Virus record (IMG/VR): IMGVR_UViG_3300010355_000898
Location: 64,001 to 128,000 of that record
Reading direction: 5' to 3' (one strand)
Length of the DNA stretch: 64,000 nt
Source of the DNA: a virus
Lineage: Duplodnaviria > Caudoviricetes
Shown here: piece after piece, positions 21,763 to 33,464 of the stretch
Layout: each line of letters opens with the position of its first letter
Numbering within the stretch: the stretch's first letter is position 1
Program-made: the position numbers and the translations under genes
The notes under the pieces: generated by a model
The model's database searches: none
Told to the model about the DNA's origin: nothing
Seen by the model: only the letters and a program-made list of their open reading frames with translations

Positions 21763-23210
21763 ATGAAGAAGCAGAAGAGTGATCTGATCAACAATTTGAA
21801 TATTTTTGCAACAGGTGTAGCGTCATTTGTATGTTCTTCTTTTGTTGCGCCAAACAGAATTCTTGTTGATGGGACGGGAATTAGGGTTTGGAAATATGAT
21901 GACATCATGAAATCATCGATGTGGAAACATGTTCACAATTGTTTAACAATTGGTGATGTTTTGAATTCATACAAAAAGTTTGGCAATTTTGATCACATTT
22001 TGTGTGTTCAATCTGCTTATGAAATTGATGAGGTATTCAAATATGCTTAAACAATTGGGAATTAATACTATAACTCTGTACAACAGTGGTGCATTCATCT
22101 GTTCACAACGTGGAATTGAAAGCCCAAACAGAATATCAAATTGTCCAGGTTTGTTTGGGCTTTCAATTGGGATTAAATCTTATTCAAAAGAGATCAAAAA
22201 CACATACATTGTATGGGATAATTTTGCAAAACGTTGGGAAAGATTTGAAGTGAATAATCTTTCACAAGCTTGTGCAGAATACAGAACATTGAACAATTTA
22301 TGACCAAATGCTATATGAAGATGTTCAGATCTGGTTGTTGGGATCTCTACACTATAGAACGTGGTGTTGTGAATAACAAAATTTTTGCAAGTTGTGATGA
22401 TATACGAATTTTTGTTGATGGGCACATCATGCAATTTGCTGATCTGTTGTCAATTGATAGCATTCAACGTCGTTTTGTGAACAATTGGTTCATAGTCCCA
22501 CACATGACCCAACTGCAAATATTGAAATTATACATAGAATTGTTGAACAGATGAAAACAGATTTCAAATTCTTCATACACCAAGATGGCGATTTCAGTTT
22601 TAGGGTCAATAACGTTCATACTCTATTCCCTTACAAAATTGTGAGAAGTTATAGATTGGGTTGGAAATACAAAATTTGGAGCTCTGAAGAACTTGATTGG
22701 GTTGACACAAATCAGAACATCAGTCAACTGATTGGGGATGTTATCAATGAGCAAATTTGAACACATGTCATTGTTGATCCATGATTGTGGTGATGTGTAT
22801 TTGATTGACAACAAGTGTGAAAAAATGTATTTTCACAAAAATTTTAGCGCAATTTGGTATGAACCTTGGGATCTACAATGGCAAATGGTGAATGATCAAT
22901 TCATTATGCAATCATCCAAAGTTGTTGGGTGGAATACACTTAAACTTGAACCCAAAATTGCGCTCAGGATGTACAAATTGGGAACATTGCAATGTGCATT
23001 GCCAGAAAAATTGTGATTGCTCTTGATGGTGCATACTATCTGGGATATGTAAATGGTGTTTCCATTCTTCATCATTGGCATTATTGTGGTGAATGGATAA
23101 CAACTGGTTGGAAGCTGAATGGATGTGATATCTTAACTGATGTAGAAATCATCAAGAGGATTGAATTGTGGCACAAAGGCACGTACAAGAACTATATTGA
23201 TGAAGAATAG
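21763..23210 (+). other. Run of six overlapping 70-95 aa ORFs sharing an N-terminal hydrophobic-x-hydrophobic-xxx-G hairpin
   Basis: LNIFATG, ITLYNSG, MKMFRSG, FFIHQDG, LLIHDCG, IVIALDG. Confidence 0.55.
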
Positions 23211-23219
23211 TTACAAAAT

Positions 23220-24023
23220 ATGAATTCATCAAAAAATAATATATTGAATGAAATTGATATTGGTGACGTTAATGATATTGAGTGCACTGCAGGTTCAACA
23301 CATTTGATGAATACATGCAGAATTGGTGGTAATGAATACTATCTGAAATTCAGTGACGAAGAAATGTTCAGTGACGTTGACATCAATCCATCACTCCAAA
23401 TTCTTGTTGAATATCTTGCGTACAAAATTTATGCACTGTACAGGGGCATAAATGTTCCCAACATTGATCTTGTGTATGATGGAAAGAACTTGAGAGTTGG
23501 CATTGCAACAAGCGCAATCCGTGGGAAGAGTGCGCTGAAAACATTGAAGCACAATGACATTGCAATGAAAATGTCAAATGGGGTCTATGTTGATGTTCTA
23601 TTGGCAAATTGGGATGTGATTGGCACCGGTTCAGGAAATGTGATATCAACTGGAAAAGATGCATACAGAATTGATCCTGGTGGAGCTCTCACATTCAGAG
23701 CAGAGGGTGGAAGAAAAGGCAAAAGATTCAGCAAAGAACCAACAGAATTGAATACAATGTTTGATCCGGATTTCAGCGATACAGGCGCAGGCACAATTTA
23801 TCAGTATGCTGATCTCAAACGTGCTGCAAAAGAATTCATGAGTGTTCCTTGGGATATGATTGAGAATACAATCAACAGTGTTGACAAGAATGTTACACAA
23901 GAATTGACAAATTACAGCATGAAATCACTCTTGAAAGATTGGAAACATGATGTGATTGAAATCAAAGACAAATTAAAATCACGTTGGAACGCAATAAGAG
24001 AGCACATTGCTGAAACATTGTGA
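23220..24023 (+). CDS. HipA/PI3-PI4 kinase-like protein
   Basis: YYLKF, EYLAYKIY, DVLLANWDV..GSGN, RIDPGGAL. Confidence 0.7.
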   Translation: MNSSKNNILNEIDIGDVNDIECTAGSTHLMNTCRIGGNEYYLKFSDEEMFSDVDINPSLQILVEYLAYKIYALYRGINVPNIDLVYDGKNLRVGIATSAIRGKSALKTLKHNDIAMKMSNGVYVDVLLANWDVIGTGSGNVISTGKDAYRIDPGGALTFRAEGGRKGKRFSKEPTELNTMFDPDFSDTGAGTIYQYADLKRAAKEFMSVPWDMIENTINSVDKNVTQELTNYSMKSLLKDWKHDVIEIKDKLKSRWNAIREHIAETL

Positions 24024-24057
24024 AAAGTCATTGTGATTGTGTTAAATTCAGAACAGA

Positions 24058-24879
24058 ATGAAACAAAAAATTCTCATCCTTGATGGGCACAATCTCCTTC
24101 ACAGAAGTCGTTCTGGTTTTCAGAGGGGCGAATATTCTGTTGTGTACAATTTTTTTAGACAGTTCAGATCACTTGTTGAGCAACACAGACCAGACACAAT
24201 TTGGTTTGTGCTTGAGGGAACCCCGAAAGCAAGGGAAGCACTCCTGCCTGAATACAAGGCAAACAGAATTGTCAAGGAGGGCACCAAGGAACATCAGGCA
24301 CTGCAGGATTTCTTCAGGCAGGTGGGCATTATTGTTCCACTCCTGAAATCTGCATTTCCTGTGAGTGTCATCAGGCACCCGGATTATGAGTGTGATGATA
24401 TCATCAGTGAATTGGTTCGCAGAAATTGTGAAGATGATTGCACAGTTGTCAGCAATGACAGTGATTTTACACAATTGCTTGATGACTATGAACATGTCAA
24501 AATTTGGAATCCAATGAAAAAATGTTGGGTTGAACAGTTTGAATGCAATTATGTCACATGGAAATCATTGAGAGGAGATCAGTGTGATAATGTTCCGGGA
24601 ATTCCTGGGATTGGTGACAAGAGAGCATTGACAATTGCATCTGATCCCCATCTTTTGAGAGATTTTTTGTCAGATGAACTCATTGCTGAGCAGTTTGCAA
24701 AGAACGTTGATCTCATCAAGTTTGAAACTTTGTCTGATGTGCAATGGGAACAGTGTGAAATCAGTGTTGGTGAATGCTGTATGGATACTGTGAAGCATGA
24801 ATTCAACATGATGGGTTTCAAATCAATCACTGAAAAAGGTTGGGAAAAGTTCAGTTCAACATTTGAGAGGATTGTATAA
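24058..24879 (+). CDS. 5'-3' exonuclease / flap endonuclease (T4 RNase H / PolI N-terminal-like)
   Basis: LDGHN, YKANR, ECDD, SNDSDF, GDQCDNVPGIPGIGDK. Confidence 0.92.
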   Translation: MKQKILILDGHNLLHRSRSGFQRGEYSVVYNFFRQFRSLVEQHRPDTIWFVLEGTPKAREALLPEYKANRIVKEGTKEHQALQDFFRQVGIIVPLLKSAFPVSVIRHPDYECDDIISELVRRNCEDDCTVVSNDSDFTQLLDDYEHVKIWNPMKKCWVEQFECNYVTWKSLRGDQCDNVPGIPGIGDKRALTIASDPHLLRDFLSDELIAEQFAKNVDLIKFETLSDVQWEQCEISVGECCMDTVKHEFNMMGFKSITEKGWEKFSSTFERIV

Positions 24880-24882
24880 TCA

Positions 24883-25824
24883 ATGTCAAAAATTGGGATC
24901 ACACAGGTTGGAAAAATTCTTCCAAAAATTGGTTACATCTATCAAGGTTCTGACAGAACAGTGACATCAGCAATGACAGGTGGCAAAGTTGAATGCATTG
25001 ACACAATTGTGTTCAACCCACACTCTTCTCAAAAGAGGTTGAAAAAGAAATTGGACATGATGAAACATTCATACAGAGGAAAATGGGGTGTCATCTTCTC
25101 CAAAATTGAGGACAACACGCCATTCAGGGTGAGAATTCTGAACATTGTTGCAAATGATACATCTGGCACTCGGTACATCAAGGTCATCAATGACAGGGGT
25201 TATCATTTGGAATTGCGTGAAGATCAACTTCTTGAAGCAATGAAATTGGGAAAAATTGATGTTGGTGGACACATTGAAACATGTTTCATCTGGTGCACAA
25301 GTGGTAATGAAACAAAGATGTGTGCTGTTGGTGGTGAATTGTACAATAAGTGCGTTGAGGAGGAAGAATTGAACAGAGCACGTGTTCTCATTGAACGCAG
25401 TGCAATCACACCAGGTTGTGTTCTCAAATACACTTCTCACAAGAATGGTTATACGCATCTGTTCATTGGCACAGCAAAATGGCATGACAAGAATGATATT
25501 GAAACAGTTGCTGATGTATTCATCACAAATTATGAACATGTTGAGAGTAATATGCAAAAGGGTACAAAACCAGAGGAACTCTATTACGGTTATGATGTTG
25601 TGTTGAAAAACAAAACTTTCAAAAAGTTTGACACAATTTTGGAAATTGTTGATGCAGAAAAACTTGAACAGTACAGAAAATTTGGGTTTAAACATCCAAA
25701 TTACCACAACAAATTGTATGAAGTGTGCAAAAAGCTCAGGATCCCGAGTTGGGATGCATTGCAACATAAACCAGCTCGTGCAATTGTTGACGCAGACCCA
25801 CAATTGAAAGTTGAATGGATATGA
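24883..25824 (+). CDS. Hypothetical protein
   Basis: 313 aa ORF in operon context. Confidence 0.6.
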   Translation: MSKIGITQVGKILPKIGYIYQGSDRTVTSAMTGGKVECIDTIVFNPHSSQKRLKKKLDMMKHSYRGKWGVIFSKIEDNTPFRVRILNIVANDTSGTRYIKVINDRGYHLELREDQLLEAMKLGKIDVGGHIETCFIWCTSGNETKMCAVGGELYNKCVEEEELNRARVLIERSAITPGCVLKYTSHKNGYTHLFIGTAKWHDKNDIETVADVFITNYEHVESNMQKGTKPEELYYGYDVVLKNKTFKKFDTILEIVDAEKLEQYRKFGFKHPNYHNKLYEVCKKLRIPSWDALQHKPARAIVDADPQLKVEWI

Positions 25825-26236
25825 TCAGAAATGTTGTGTATGGCGTGTTTCTTGGCATTGTGTTCTTTGTGATGCTCAACACTGTGAAATCTGCTCAGGC
25901 AGATGAAGGTTTGGGTGCCCCAGGAATTGAACATCAGTTGACAAGAATAGCAAATGAATTGGAAAAATTGAACAGCACAATGCAAAGGTGCAAATAGCAT
26001 GGCATCCTCGGAAAGATTGAATTTGTATGATCGTCTGTTTAACAGATATAAGAAGATCATCCATAAACGTGGAACTGAACAATATCTTCCATTATGGAAC
26101 AGCAGATTGCCAGATTATGCAAATTTAATTCCAATAACCAGAGACTATATTGAATATCTCGTTATTGATCGATTGACCGGTTCTGAAACCATCAAAAAAG
26201 AATACATTTGATGATATTCATATCATATTTAGTTGT

Positions 26237-26659
26237 ATGAAATATGTTGGTTACATTTGGGCATTTCCAATTACACTATTTGGAGCAACTTATGCACTCC
26301 TGTTTACGCTGTTTGGTTGGTACAAATTTGTTGGCATAAGAGATGTTGCTCTTGTTTTTAGTGTGACAAACAGATCACCACAATGGCTGCTCAATCTTTG
26401 GCAAGGTTGGTATGGTCATACTGTTGGAAATGTGATCGTCATGTTCAGTGATGAGGACACTGTGTTGTCAAGACATACACTCATTCATGAACTTGAACAC
26501 ACAAGGCAATGTATGTTGTTGGGACCATTTCAACCAATATTGTATGGTCTATTCATGTTGGTGATCTGGATTGCATTGCCCATGATCAGCCCATACTGGA
26601 TGAATCCATTTGAGATCGCTGCAAGAAAATCTGCAAATGAGAAGATAGATATCCGATAA
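26237..26659 (+). CDS. Membrane HExxH metalloprotease-like protein (DUF4157-like)
   Basis: HTVG, HELEHTRQ, NPFEIAA; TATTTA 5 nt upstream. Confidence 0.6.
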   Translation: MKYVGYIWAFPITLFGATYALLFTLFGWYKFVGIRDVALVFSVTNRSPQWLLNLWQGWYGHTVGNVIVMFSDEDTVLSRHTLIHELEHTRQCMLLGPFQPILYGLFMLVIWIALPMISPYWMNPFEIAARKSANEKIDIR

Positions 26660-26918
26660 CTGAATTGCAACAAATATTTTGAAGCCATCCTTTGTACATT
26701 GGGGATGGCTTTTGTACTATTCAATGGTGAGCAAATTGGATGGGCCAAAATATCTCCAAATAACACAATTTGGGAGTGCATACTTTCTTGATGAGAACAG
26801 ATCAATTCATAATGTAAACAGTCCAGCATACCTTGATCGATTTAGACGTGAATTGTCATATTATGTGCATGGTTGTTTTGTGTGCAGCAATGAATATGAT
26901 GTCAAATAAATAGTCAAT

Positions 26919-28124
26919 ATGACCAACTCATCACAAGTGTATTGGGGTAAATATCAGAGCTTTGAGGGTCCAATCTTTATGGGATCAATTAGGTATGAAT
27001 TGCCAAAAAATCCTGATGATTTTGACAAATTTTTGCATGTGATAACATCAACAGAGGGTGGAAAATATGATGCAATCAACATGTATGATCAATGTATCAT
27101 AAGCGTTGGTCTCATACAATGGTGTGAAGCTAAACAATATTCTGTATCAAACTTATTGGGTCAAGTTGCTGACAAATGTGGTATTGATGCAGTTCTGAAA
27201 CCACTGAATCCAATTCTTTTGCAGATTGGTGCAACTTTCAAGAAGAATGCAAAAGGCCAATGGAGATTCCATTTCAATGATGAAAGAGGTGAAGTAAATA
27301 CCATTGAGAAACAGCAACAACTGTTTTGGGATTGTGATGGGAAAAAGGGATCTTGGACGCCTGAATTGAGAGCGAGGGCAAAATTGTGGGCAGCCTGCAC
27401 TGCAAATATTTGGGAAAATCAGGATGCACAAAATGTTCAACTTGAATTCACAAAGAAGAGGTTGGTGTGGTTCATAACACCATCAGCACAAAAAGTTCTG
27501 TTTGATGGACAACCTTCAACTGGTTGGGTTGGGGCTTTGAGAGGGGGATACTTTTCATTTGCAGCAAATCTTCCTGCAATTGCTGACAAACATTTGAAAA
27601 TTGCAATCAAGAACCTCAAATCACCCAAGTGGTCAAAAGAGTGGTGCACAGGTGTTCTGAAAGAATTGACATTTGGACCCAACATAGCAATCTATCCAAC
27701 AAGATACAACAAAATCAGGGAAGTTCTTGAACAAACATGGGGAGTTGAACTTCCAAAGACAGCTGAACTGCTGAGACAGTGGACGGAACCGGCAATTGAC
27801 AATGTTGCAACACAACAACCTGTTATGTCAGTTGAAAATCCAATTATGCCAATCAGCAATGTGAAATTGAACGTTGACATAACATATTCAACTCCACTGA
27901 ACAGCGCAATTGAATTGAATGGTATCAAAGAGGATCTCATTGTGAATGATGTGTTGTCAACAATCAGAGAAAATCGTGATGAAGTCACAATTGAATATGA
28001 TGATCAACAACATCCACAGCAGAGTGGTCAGATTGTTGTGAGAGATGAAGTGAATTCTCTTGGCATTTTTGGATACATTTTTCAATTCATAAAATTCATC
28101 ATCAATCTGTTGACAAAACAGTGA
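26919..28124 (+). CDS. Lysozyme-like peptidoglycan hydrolase (endolysin candidate)
   Basis: TEGGKYDAINMYD...SVGLIQW lysozyme-fold pattern; amphipathic C-terminal helix. Confidence 0.6.
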   Translation: MTNSSQVYWGKYQSFEGPIFMGSIRYELPKNPDDFDKFLHVITSTEGGKYDAINMYDQCIISVGLIQWCEAKQYSVSNLLGQVADKCGIDAVLKPLNPILLQIGATFKKNAKGQWRFHFNDERGEVNTIEKQQQLFWDCDGKKGSWTPELRARAKLWAACTANIWENQDAQNVQLEFTKKRLVWFITPSAQKVLFDGQPSTGWVGALRGGYFSFAANLPAIADKHLKIAIKNLKSPKWSKEWCTGVLKELTFGPNIAIYPTRYNKIREVLEQTWGVELPKTAELLRQWTEPAIDNVATQQPVMSVENPIMPISNVKLNVDITYSTPLNSAIELNGIKEDLIVNDVLSTIRENRDEVTIEYDDQQHPQQSGQIVVRDEVNSLGIFGYIFQFIKFIINLLTKQ

Positions 28125-28159
28125 TTGTACATTCATACAATTTGTGAAACAATTTTAGA

Positions 28160-28996
28160 ATGTCAATTTGTACTCAATTCAGTGATGATGTCAAATTGTT
28201 GAATGATGATGTCATAAAGAGATTGAATATTGATGGTTCACTTGGCATAAAGGGAATGTCAAAACTTATCAGTAATCCTCTCATACACAATATCCCAGAT
28301 GTTGCAAACATCACTAATGGTGACATTATTGAAACTGCATTGAGTGATCAGGATGCTGGAATGAAAATTGTTCATGAACATCGGTGCAATATCATTGTGT
28401 TCATTGACACAAATCAGAATATTGATGATCTTGAACAGTGCATCAGTGAATACAGAGAAGACATAAATCTTGTGTGTCAGGATGAATTCTTGACAAAATA
28501 TTCAAAATTCAGAACATTTGCAATTGAATCATACAGTACTCTCAGATTGAAGCCCAACTATTCAATTGCAAATTTTGTGAACATGAATACAGATGGAATT
28601 GGCAGTGTACCAGACATTGCGAGCCATTTCAAGTCAACAAAAATGAATTTTGTGTGCACAACAAAAGCACTCATTGACAAAAATTTTGCACAATTGGGAG
28701 CACACAAACGTGTTGATTGCAAACTCAGTGTGGGCATCTCAGAACACACAAACCGATACATTCCTGTCTGGTTTGATGGCAAAATTGTGATGATGAACAG
28801 TGATGATCTTGATGATATGTGTGTGCAATCATCAAAATTCTTCTGGAATGGTCAACTCGTGTTCACCAGCGCAAACTGCGCACATGAATGGAAATTGCGG
28901 CGTGTATTCAATGACAAACAATTGGAAATCATATTTGAACGTGAAATTGACATTTTGAGCAAGCACAATAACATTGTGCTCATTAAAACACAGTGA
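28160..28996 (+). CDS. Hypothetical protein
   Basis: 278 aa ORF. Confidence 0.55.
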   Translation: MSICTQFSDDVKLLNDDVIKRLNIDGSLGIKGMSKLISNPLIHNIPDVANITNGDIIETALSDQDAGMKIVHEHRCNIIVFIDTNQNIDDLEQCISEYREDINLVCQDEFLTKYSKFRTFAIESYSTLRLKPNYSIANFVNMNTDGIGSVPDIASHFKSTKMNFVCTTKALIDKNFAQLGAHKRVDCKLSVGISEHTNRYIPVWFDGKIVMMNSDDLDDMCVQSSKFFWNGQLVFTSANCAHEWKLRRVFNDKQLEIIFEREIDILSKHNNIVLIKTQ

Positions 28997-29029
28997 ACAG
29001 TACAACATATTGATGATATTGTTGTCAAT

Positions 29030-29353
29030 ATGAAAAAGGGTGAAAAGAAAGTTCACAAATCTCATCAACCCAAACGATTAAAAATTGATGTGCAACAATT
29101 ACCAAAATTCATGAATGAAGATTGTACAATCAATGCAAAAAAGGGTTCAAGACTGTTCTTCAGGAGAACTGTTTGGGATGCTGGAAAACCTGATGTCACT
29201 GAAATTCATGCAGGAGTTTTTAGATCTATTGGTGCTGATGGTCTCATCACAATTTGGGATGAACAGTTTGAACAAGTGTTTGCTTTCAGGCTCAGTGATT
29301 GTGAAAAACTTGATGTGAGAGTTGAAAAGGATGAAACAGACACAAGTGCATGA
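29030..29353 (+). CDS. Hypothetical protein
   Basis: ORF with upstream promoter-like motif. Confidence 0.55.
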   Translation: MKKGEKKVHKSHQPKRLKIDVQQLPKFMNEDCTINAKKGSRLFFRRTVWDAGKPDVTEIHAGVFRSIGADGLITIWDEQFEQVFAFRLSDCEKLDVRVEKDETDTSA

Positions 29354-29978
29354 TGTTCTTGACATTGATGGTGTCAAGATCAAAAAGTATGGAAAAAATT
29401 TCAGATCACTTGTGTGTGCAGGCGCATGGGTTATCAATGATTTCAAATATGGACGAGATGTGTGTGCTTGTTGTGGAAGACCAATCACAAGATTGCTGAA
29501 ATTGAAGAACACATCACATGATGGCAGTGAAAAACAGTTTGAGGAAGTGGTAACAATTGGAACAACATGTGGACCAAAAGTTTTCATTGAAAGTTGCAAG
29601 TCATTCTATGATGATCCTGAAAAGGAATGGGAACGTCAATACAAATCTTGGAAGGGATACATTGAATATGTTACACTCTGTTCAAGAAATCATGATGTTT
29701 GGACTTCAATTGATGAAAATTTCACAAACAGGATTGATGAAATCCTTGATGATGGTTACAGAACAGGAAGTTTCACAAAAACATGGTGGATTTTGCATGA
29801 TAGAAAAATGAAATTGCTGAAATCATCAAAAAAGTACAAGGATGGCATTGGCGAGATCATTGAACGCAATTTGCAATATTATGCAAATGTCCTTTTGCAA
29901 TCTGCAAAAAGATGTGGGATATTCAACAATTGCAAATTTGATGAACAGTTGAAATTGAAGGATAACATAACAGTATGA
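29322..29978 (+). CDS. Zn-finger-containing hypothetical protein
   Basis: CACCGRPI...IGTTC. Confidence 0.55.
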   Translation: MKRMKQTQVHDVLDIDGVKIKKYGKNFRSLVCAGAWVINDFKYGRDVCACCGRPITRLLKLKNTSHDGSEKQFEEVVTIGTTCGPKVFIESCKSFYDDPEKEWERQYKSWKGYIEYVTLCSRNHDVWTSIDENFTNRIDEILDDGYRTGSFTKTWWILHDRKMKLLKSSKKYKDGIGEIIERNLQYYANVLLQSAKRCGIFNNCKFDEQLKLKDNITV

Positions 29979-31237
29979 AATCAAAAATTAAATACATATA
30001 CAACGAATTCAATGAATTTTTCAATTCACCAAAGTGTAGGTCAGCAATCAATGTTGGCAATTCTGTAATCAATGCAATTGTGCCAATGTTTGAAAAACCT
30101 TCATTCTTCAATGCAATCAAGTCTGTTGTGAACACAGCAAAAGCATTCTCAGATGAATTGAAAATCTATCCAGATGACTATTTTGTTGAAGAGAATGGTT
30201 GGGTTAAAATATATGGTTCGGCTTTTGCAACCACTGCCATTGAGAGCATCCAATCAAATGGATATCACTCTTCTGAAATGAATATCAATGGTGGATTGTA
30301 CAAAATTCATGTTGTCAACATTGATAATGTGAATAGGATTGGGTGGATTGAAAACACAAAATTGCAAAAAATTGGTTCTGATGCAATCTATGCATTTGGC
30401 GATGCAAATCATTGCAAACAGTTTGTCAAAAATCTCATTTGGAAAAAGTATGGGAATGACAGCGTTATCATCAGATATGTTTCAAACATTGACATGTACA
30501 GCAGAGGGAGGGTGTACATTTCAAATGACAATTTGCTCAAATCACACCCATCAAAATTGGCAACAGAGTACACAGAATATCTGAAAAACTATTTTGACAA
30601 ATCAGTCAACAGGAATGTGATGTTTCATGGTCCCCCAGGAACTGGTAAGAGTACTCTTGCAAAAACGATCACAACAAATCTTGATCTCAAGTCAATCAGG
30701 GTAAATGTTACTGACATTGACAGGATTGACACTGCACAATTTTTTGAAGTGATTGAACTTTTTAAACCTGATGCAATCATCATTGATGATTTTGATCGTG
30801 CTGAAGATCAGGCAAAACTTCTTGAACTTCTTGAGCACTTTGCAAACACAATCAAATTGGTCATTGTGACAGTGAATGACAAGGATGCACTTGATAATGC
30901 AATCCTTAGACCAGGAAGATTTGATGAGATCAAATACGTTGAAAAAATGGATGATGAGGTCATCAAACACCTGTTGGGTGATCTGTGCACAGATGAGATT
31001 TTTGCAAAAGTGAAAGATTGGCCAGTTGCATTCATAAGTGAATTCATCAAACGATGCAAAGTTAGTGGTGATGCCACAATGGCAATGTCTTCTCTTGAAG
31101 AGCTCTCTGATCGTGTCAAAGAGATGAAGAGCATCAAATACAGAGACAATATGCAATTGAACAGATCTGCTACATCAAACAATAAAAAAGGCAAATGCCC
31201 AGGACGACCAATGCCATCAAAAGATATGGCTGACTGA
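29975..31237 (+). CDS. AAA+ ATPase (single module)
   Basis: GPPGTGKS Walker A, IIIDDFD Walker B, AILRPGRFD SRH. Confidence 0.9.
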   Translation: MKSKIKYIYNEFNEFFNSPKCRSAINVGNSVINAIVPMFEKPSFFNAIKSVVNTAKAFSDELKIYPDDYFVEENGWVKIYGSAFATTAIESIQSNGYHSSEMNINGGLYKIHVVNIDNVNRIGWIENTKLQKIGSDAIYAFGDANHCKQFVKNLIWKKYGNDSVIIRYVSNIDMYSRGRVYISNDNLLKSHPSKLATEYTEYLKNYFDKSVNRNVMFHGPPGTGKSTLAKTITTNLDLKSIRVNVTDIDRIDTAQFFEVIELFKPDAIIIDDFDRAEDQAKLLELLEHFANTIKLVIVTVNDKDALDNAILRPGRFDEIKYVEKMDDEVIKHLLGDLCTDEIFAKVKDWPVAFISEFIKRCKVSGDATMAMSSLEELSDRVKEMKSIKYRDNMQLNRSATSNNKKGKCPGRPMPSKDMAD

Positions 31238-31285
31238 GAATTCTGAATCAACAATTTTGTGGGCTCATGTTGCATAGTTATCAAC

Positions 31286-31546
31286 ATGAGCCCACTTTCA
31301 TTGGTAAAGAAACAGAACAATGGCAAAACTGAATATACGCTGCACAAAAATTATACAAGTGCATCAAATTGCAAAAATGTGATTGATTTTTCTGAAATGA
31401 AATTGCGAAAATTGCTTACACATGCTGGTGATGAACAACAGCGTAAAGTGTTGTCAAATCTCATCAATGATTACATTAATGGTGACGTTATCATAGCGTG
31501 GAGGTCTGGTATGCCACTCTTTATGACTGTCACAAAGGGCAAATAG
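31286..31546 (+). CDS. Hypothetical protein
   Basis: ATG 5 nt after TAGTTA motif. Confidence 0.55.
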   Translation: MSPLSLVKKQNNGKTEYTLHKNYTSASNCKNVIDFSEMKLRKLLTHAGDEQQRKVLSNLINDYINGDVIIAWRSGMPLFMTVTKGK

Positions 31547-31584
31547 TCATTAACATTCTTCACTCAGTGTTGTAATGTTATAAC

Positions 31585-33177
31585 ATGTTGAATTCAACCA
31601 CACAATTGATCTTCAAAAATGAAGCAAGAAAAAAATTGTTTGAGGGCATCAAATCAGCTGCAGAGGCAGTGATATGCACTCTTGGTCCAAAAGGAAAGAC
31701 AGTTCTCATTCAGGGAGAGAATGGTCCAATTGTCACAAAAGACGGAGTAACTGTCAGCAAGTCAATAAGGTTCAAAGATCCAATCAAAAAATTGGGATCA
31801 GAACTGATAAGAGAGGCTGCAACAAGAACCAATGATGCAGCCGGCGATGGCACAACAACTTCAACAACATTGACGTATGCATTGTGTGCAGAGGGATTGA
31901 AACTCCTTGAGAGTGGAAGAGATGCGCAGAATGTTTCAAATGGTTACACCTGGGCTCAGGGATGGGTGACTGAAATGTTGAAGAAACAGGCAATTCAAAT
32001 CTGTTCTGATGAACAGATCACACAGATTGCAACCATTTCAGCAAATGGTGATCAAACAATTGGAAATCTGATCACGCAAGCAATCAATACTGTTGGTGCA
32101 AATGGTATCATTCAGGTTGAAGATGCAAAGGGAATGAACACAACATTGACACTTGTTGAGGGTATGCAACTTGACAGAGGATATTTGTCACCCTATTTTG
32201 TGACGTCAAATGAGAAGATGCATGCACAATATATGGGTGCAAAAATTCTGATAACTGACAAGAAGATATCAACATTGCAAGAAATTCTCCCAGTGCTTGA
32301 GAAGGTGAACAGTCAACAACAACCTTTGCTCATCATTGCAGATGACATTGAGGGTGAAGCACTGCAAGCACTTGTTCTGAACAGAACAAAGTCAGCACTC
32401 AAAGTGGTCGCAATCAGAGCACCAGGTTATGGTCAATCAAGACATGAACTTCTTCAAGATTTGTGTGCTCTCACAGGTGCCAATCTTGTCAGTGCACAAA
32501 CAGGCATCAGCTTTCAGGATGTTGCAAAATCAGGTTTGGGAACAGCAAAGAAGATCACTGTCGATGCAAAATCAACAACAATCATAAGTGATGAAAAGTG
32601 CAAAGAGCTGATCACTGCAAGGGTTCAGGACATTGAAACACAACTCAAAAATATTGCTTTGGGTCCAGAACAGCAACAGCAACTGCTTGAGAGGGCAGCA
32701 AAATTGCAGAAGGGTGTTGCAATCATCAAAGTTGGAGGTTCAACTGAACTTGAAATGATTGAAAAGAAGTACAGGATTGAGGACGCCCTGCATGCAACAA
32801 GGGCAGCAATATTTGAGGGAATAATTCCGGGTGGCGGTGTAACACTCCTGGGCATCGCCAAAGAATTGAGAAAGCAGGTAAAAGGTTACCAAATATCTCA
32901 TGGAGAAGACTTCTCTGAGGGCATTCTGGCACTCTCAAGAGCAATAGAAATGCCTTTCAGGAGGATAGTTGAGAATGCTGGTCAGGTCCCGGAGGTTGTA
33001 CAATCTCGCATGAAAAAAGGCGGGTATGATATTCAAAATCATGACAACAAATCGAGCATGATTGAAATGGGTATAATTGATCCTGTGAAAGTGACAAGAT
33101 TGGCGCTTGAGCACTCAGTGAGTATTGCAAATACATTCATGACAATTGATGCTGTCATCTGTGATGATGCAGAATAG
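31585..33177 (+). CDS. groEL: Chaperonin GroEL (Cpn60)
   Basis: TLGPKG, TKDGVTV, AGDGTTT, EGMQLDRGYLSPYF, KVGG, EDALHATRAA, GIIDP; no GGM tail. Confidence 0.97.
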   Translation: MLNSTTQLIFKNEARKKLFEGIKSAAEAVICTLGPKGKTVLIQGENGPIVTKDGVTVSKSIRFKDPIKKLGSELIREAATRTNDAAGDGTTTSTTLTYALCAEGLKLLESGRDAQNVSNGYTWAQGWVTEMLKKQAIQICSDEQITQIATISANGDQTIGNLITQAINTVGANGIIQVEDAKGMNTTLTLVEGMQLDRGYLSPYFVTSNEKMHAQYMGAKILITDKKISTLQEILPVLEKVNSQQQPLLIIADDIEGEALQALVLNRTKSALKVVAIRAPGYGQSRHELLQDLCALTGANLVSAQTGISFQDVAKSGLGTAKKITVDAKSTTIISDEKCKELITARVQDIETQLKNIALGPEQQQQLLERAAKLQKGVAIIKVGGSTELEMIEKKYRIEDALHATRAAIFEGIIPGGGVTLLGIAKELRKQVKGYQISHGEDFSEGILALSRAIEMPFRRIVENAGQVPEVVQSRMKKGGYDIQNHDNKSSMIEMGIIDPVKVTRLALEHSVSIANTFMTIDAVICDDAE

Positions 33178-33464
33178 TGTACACAGTTTTGCACACTGCA
33201 CAATGTGATTGCATCTTTTCATTGCACGCCATCTTTGCTCCACAAACAGGACAAACGTTGTTGATGAGATCTGAGTGCATACATTCAACGTTTGTCTTTT
33301 TTCCAAACATGAACAGCGTGCACAGTGTGATTGAAATGAACAATAGCATACCTGTGTGTAGATATTTCAGTATGAATTGAAACCTATGTTTCAATGTACT
33401 AACACACAAAACTGTTGTAATTATGATTATGTTGCCATGGGCAACTTTGAGGCGAACACAAAAA

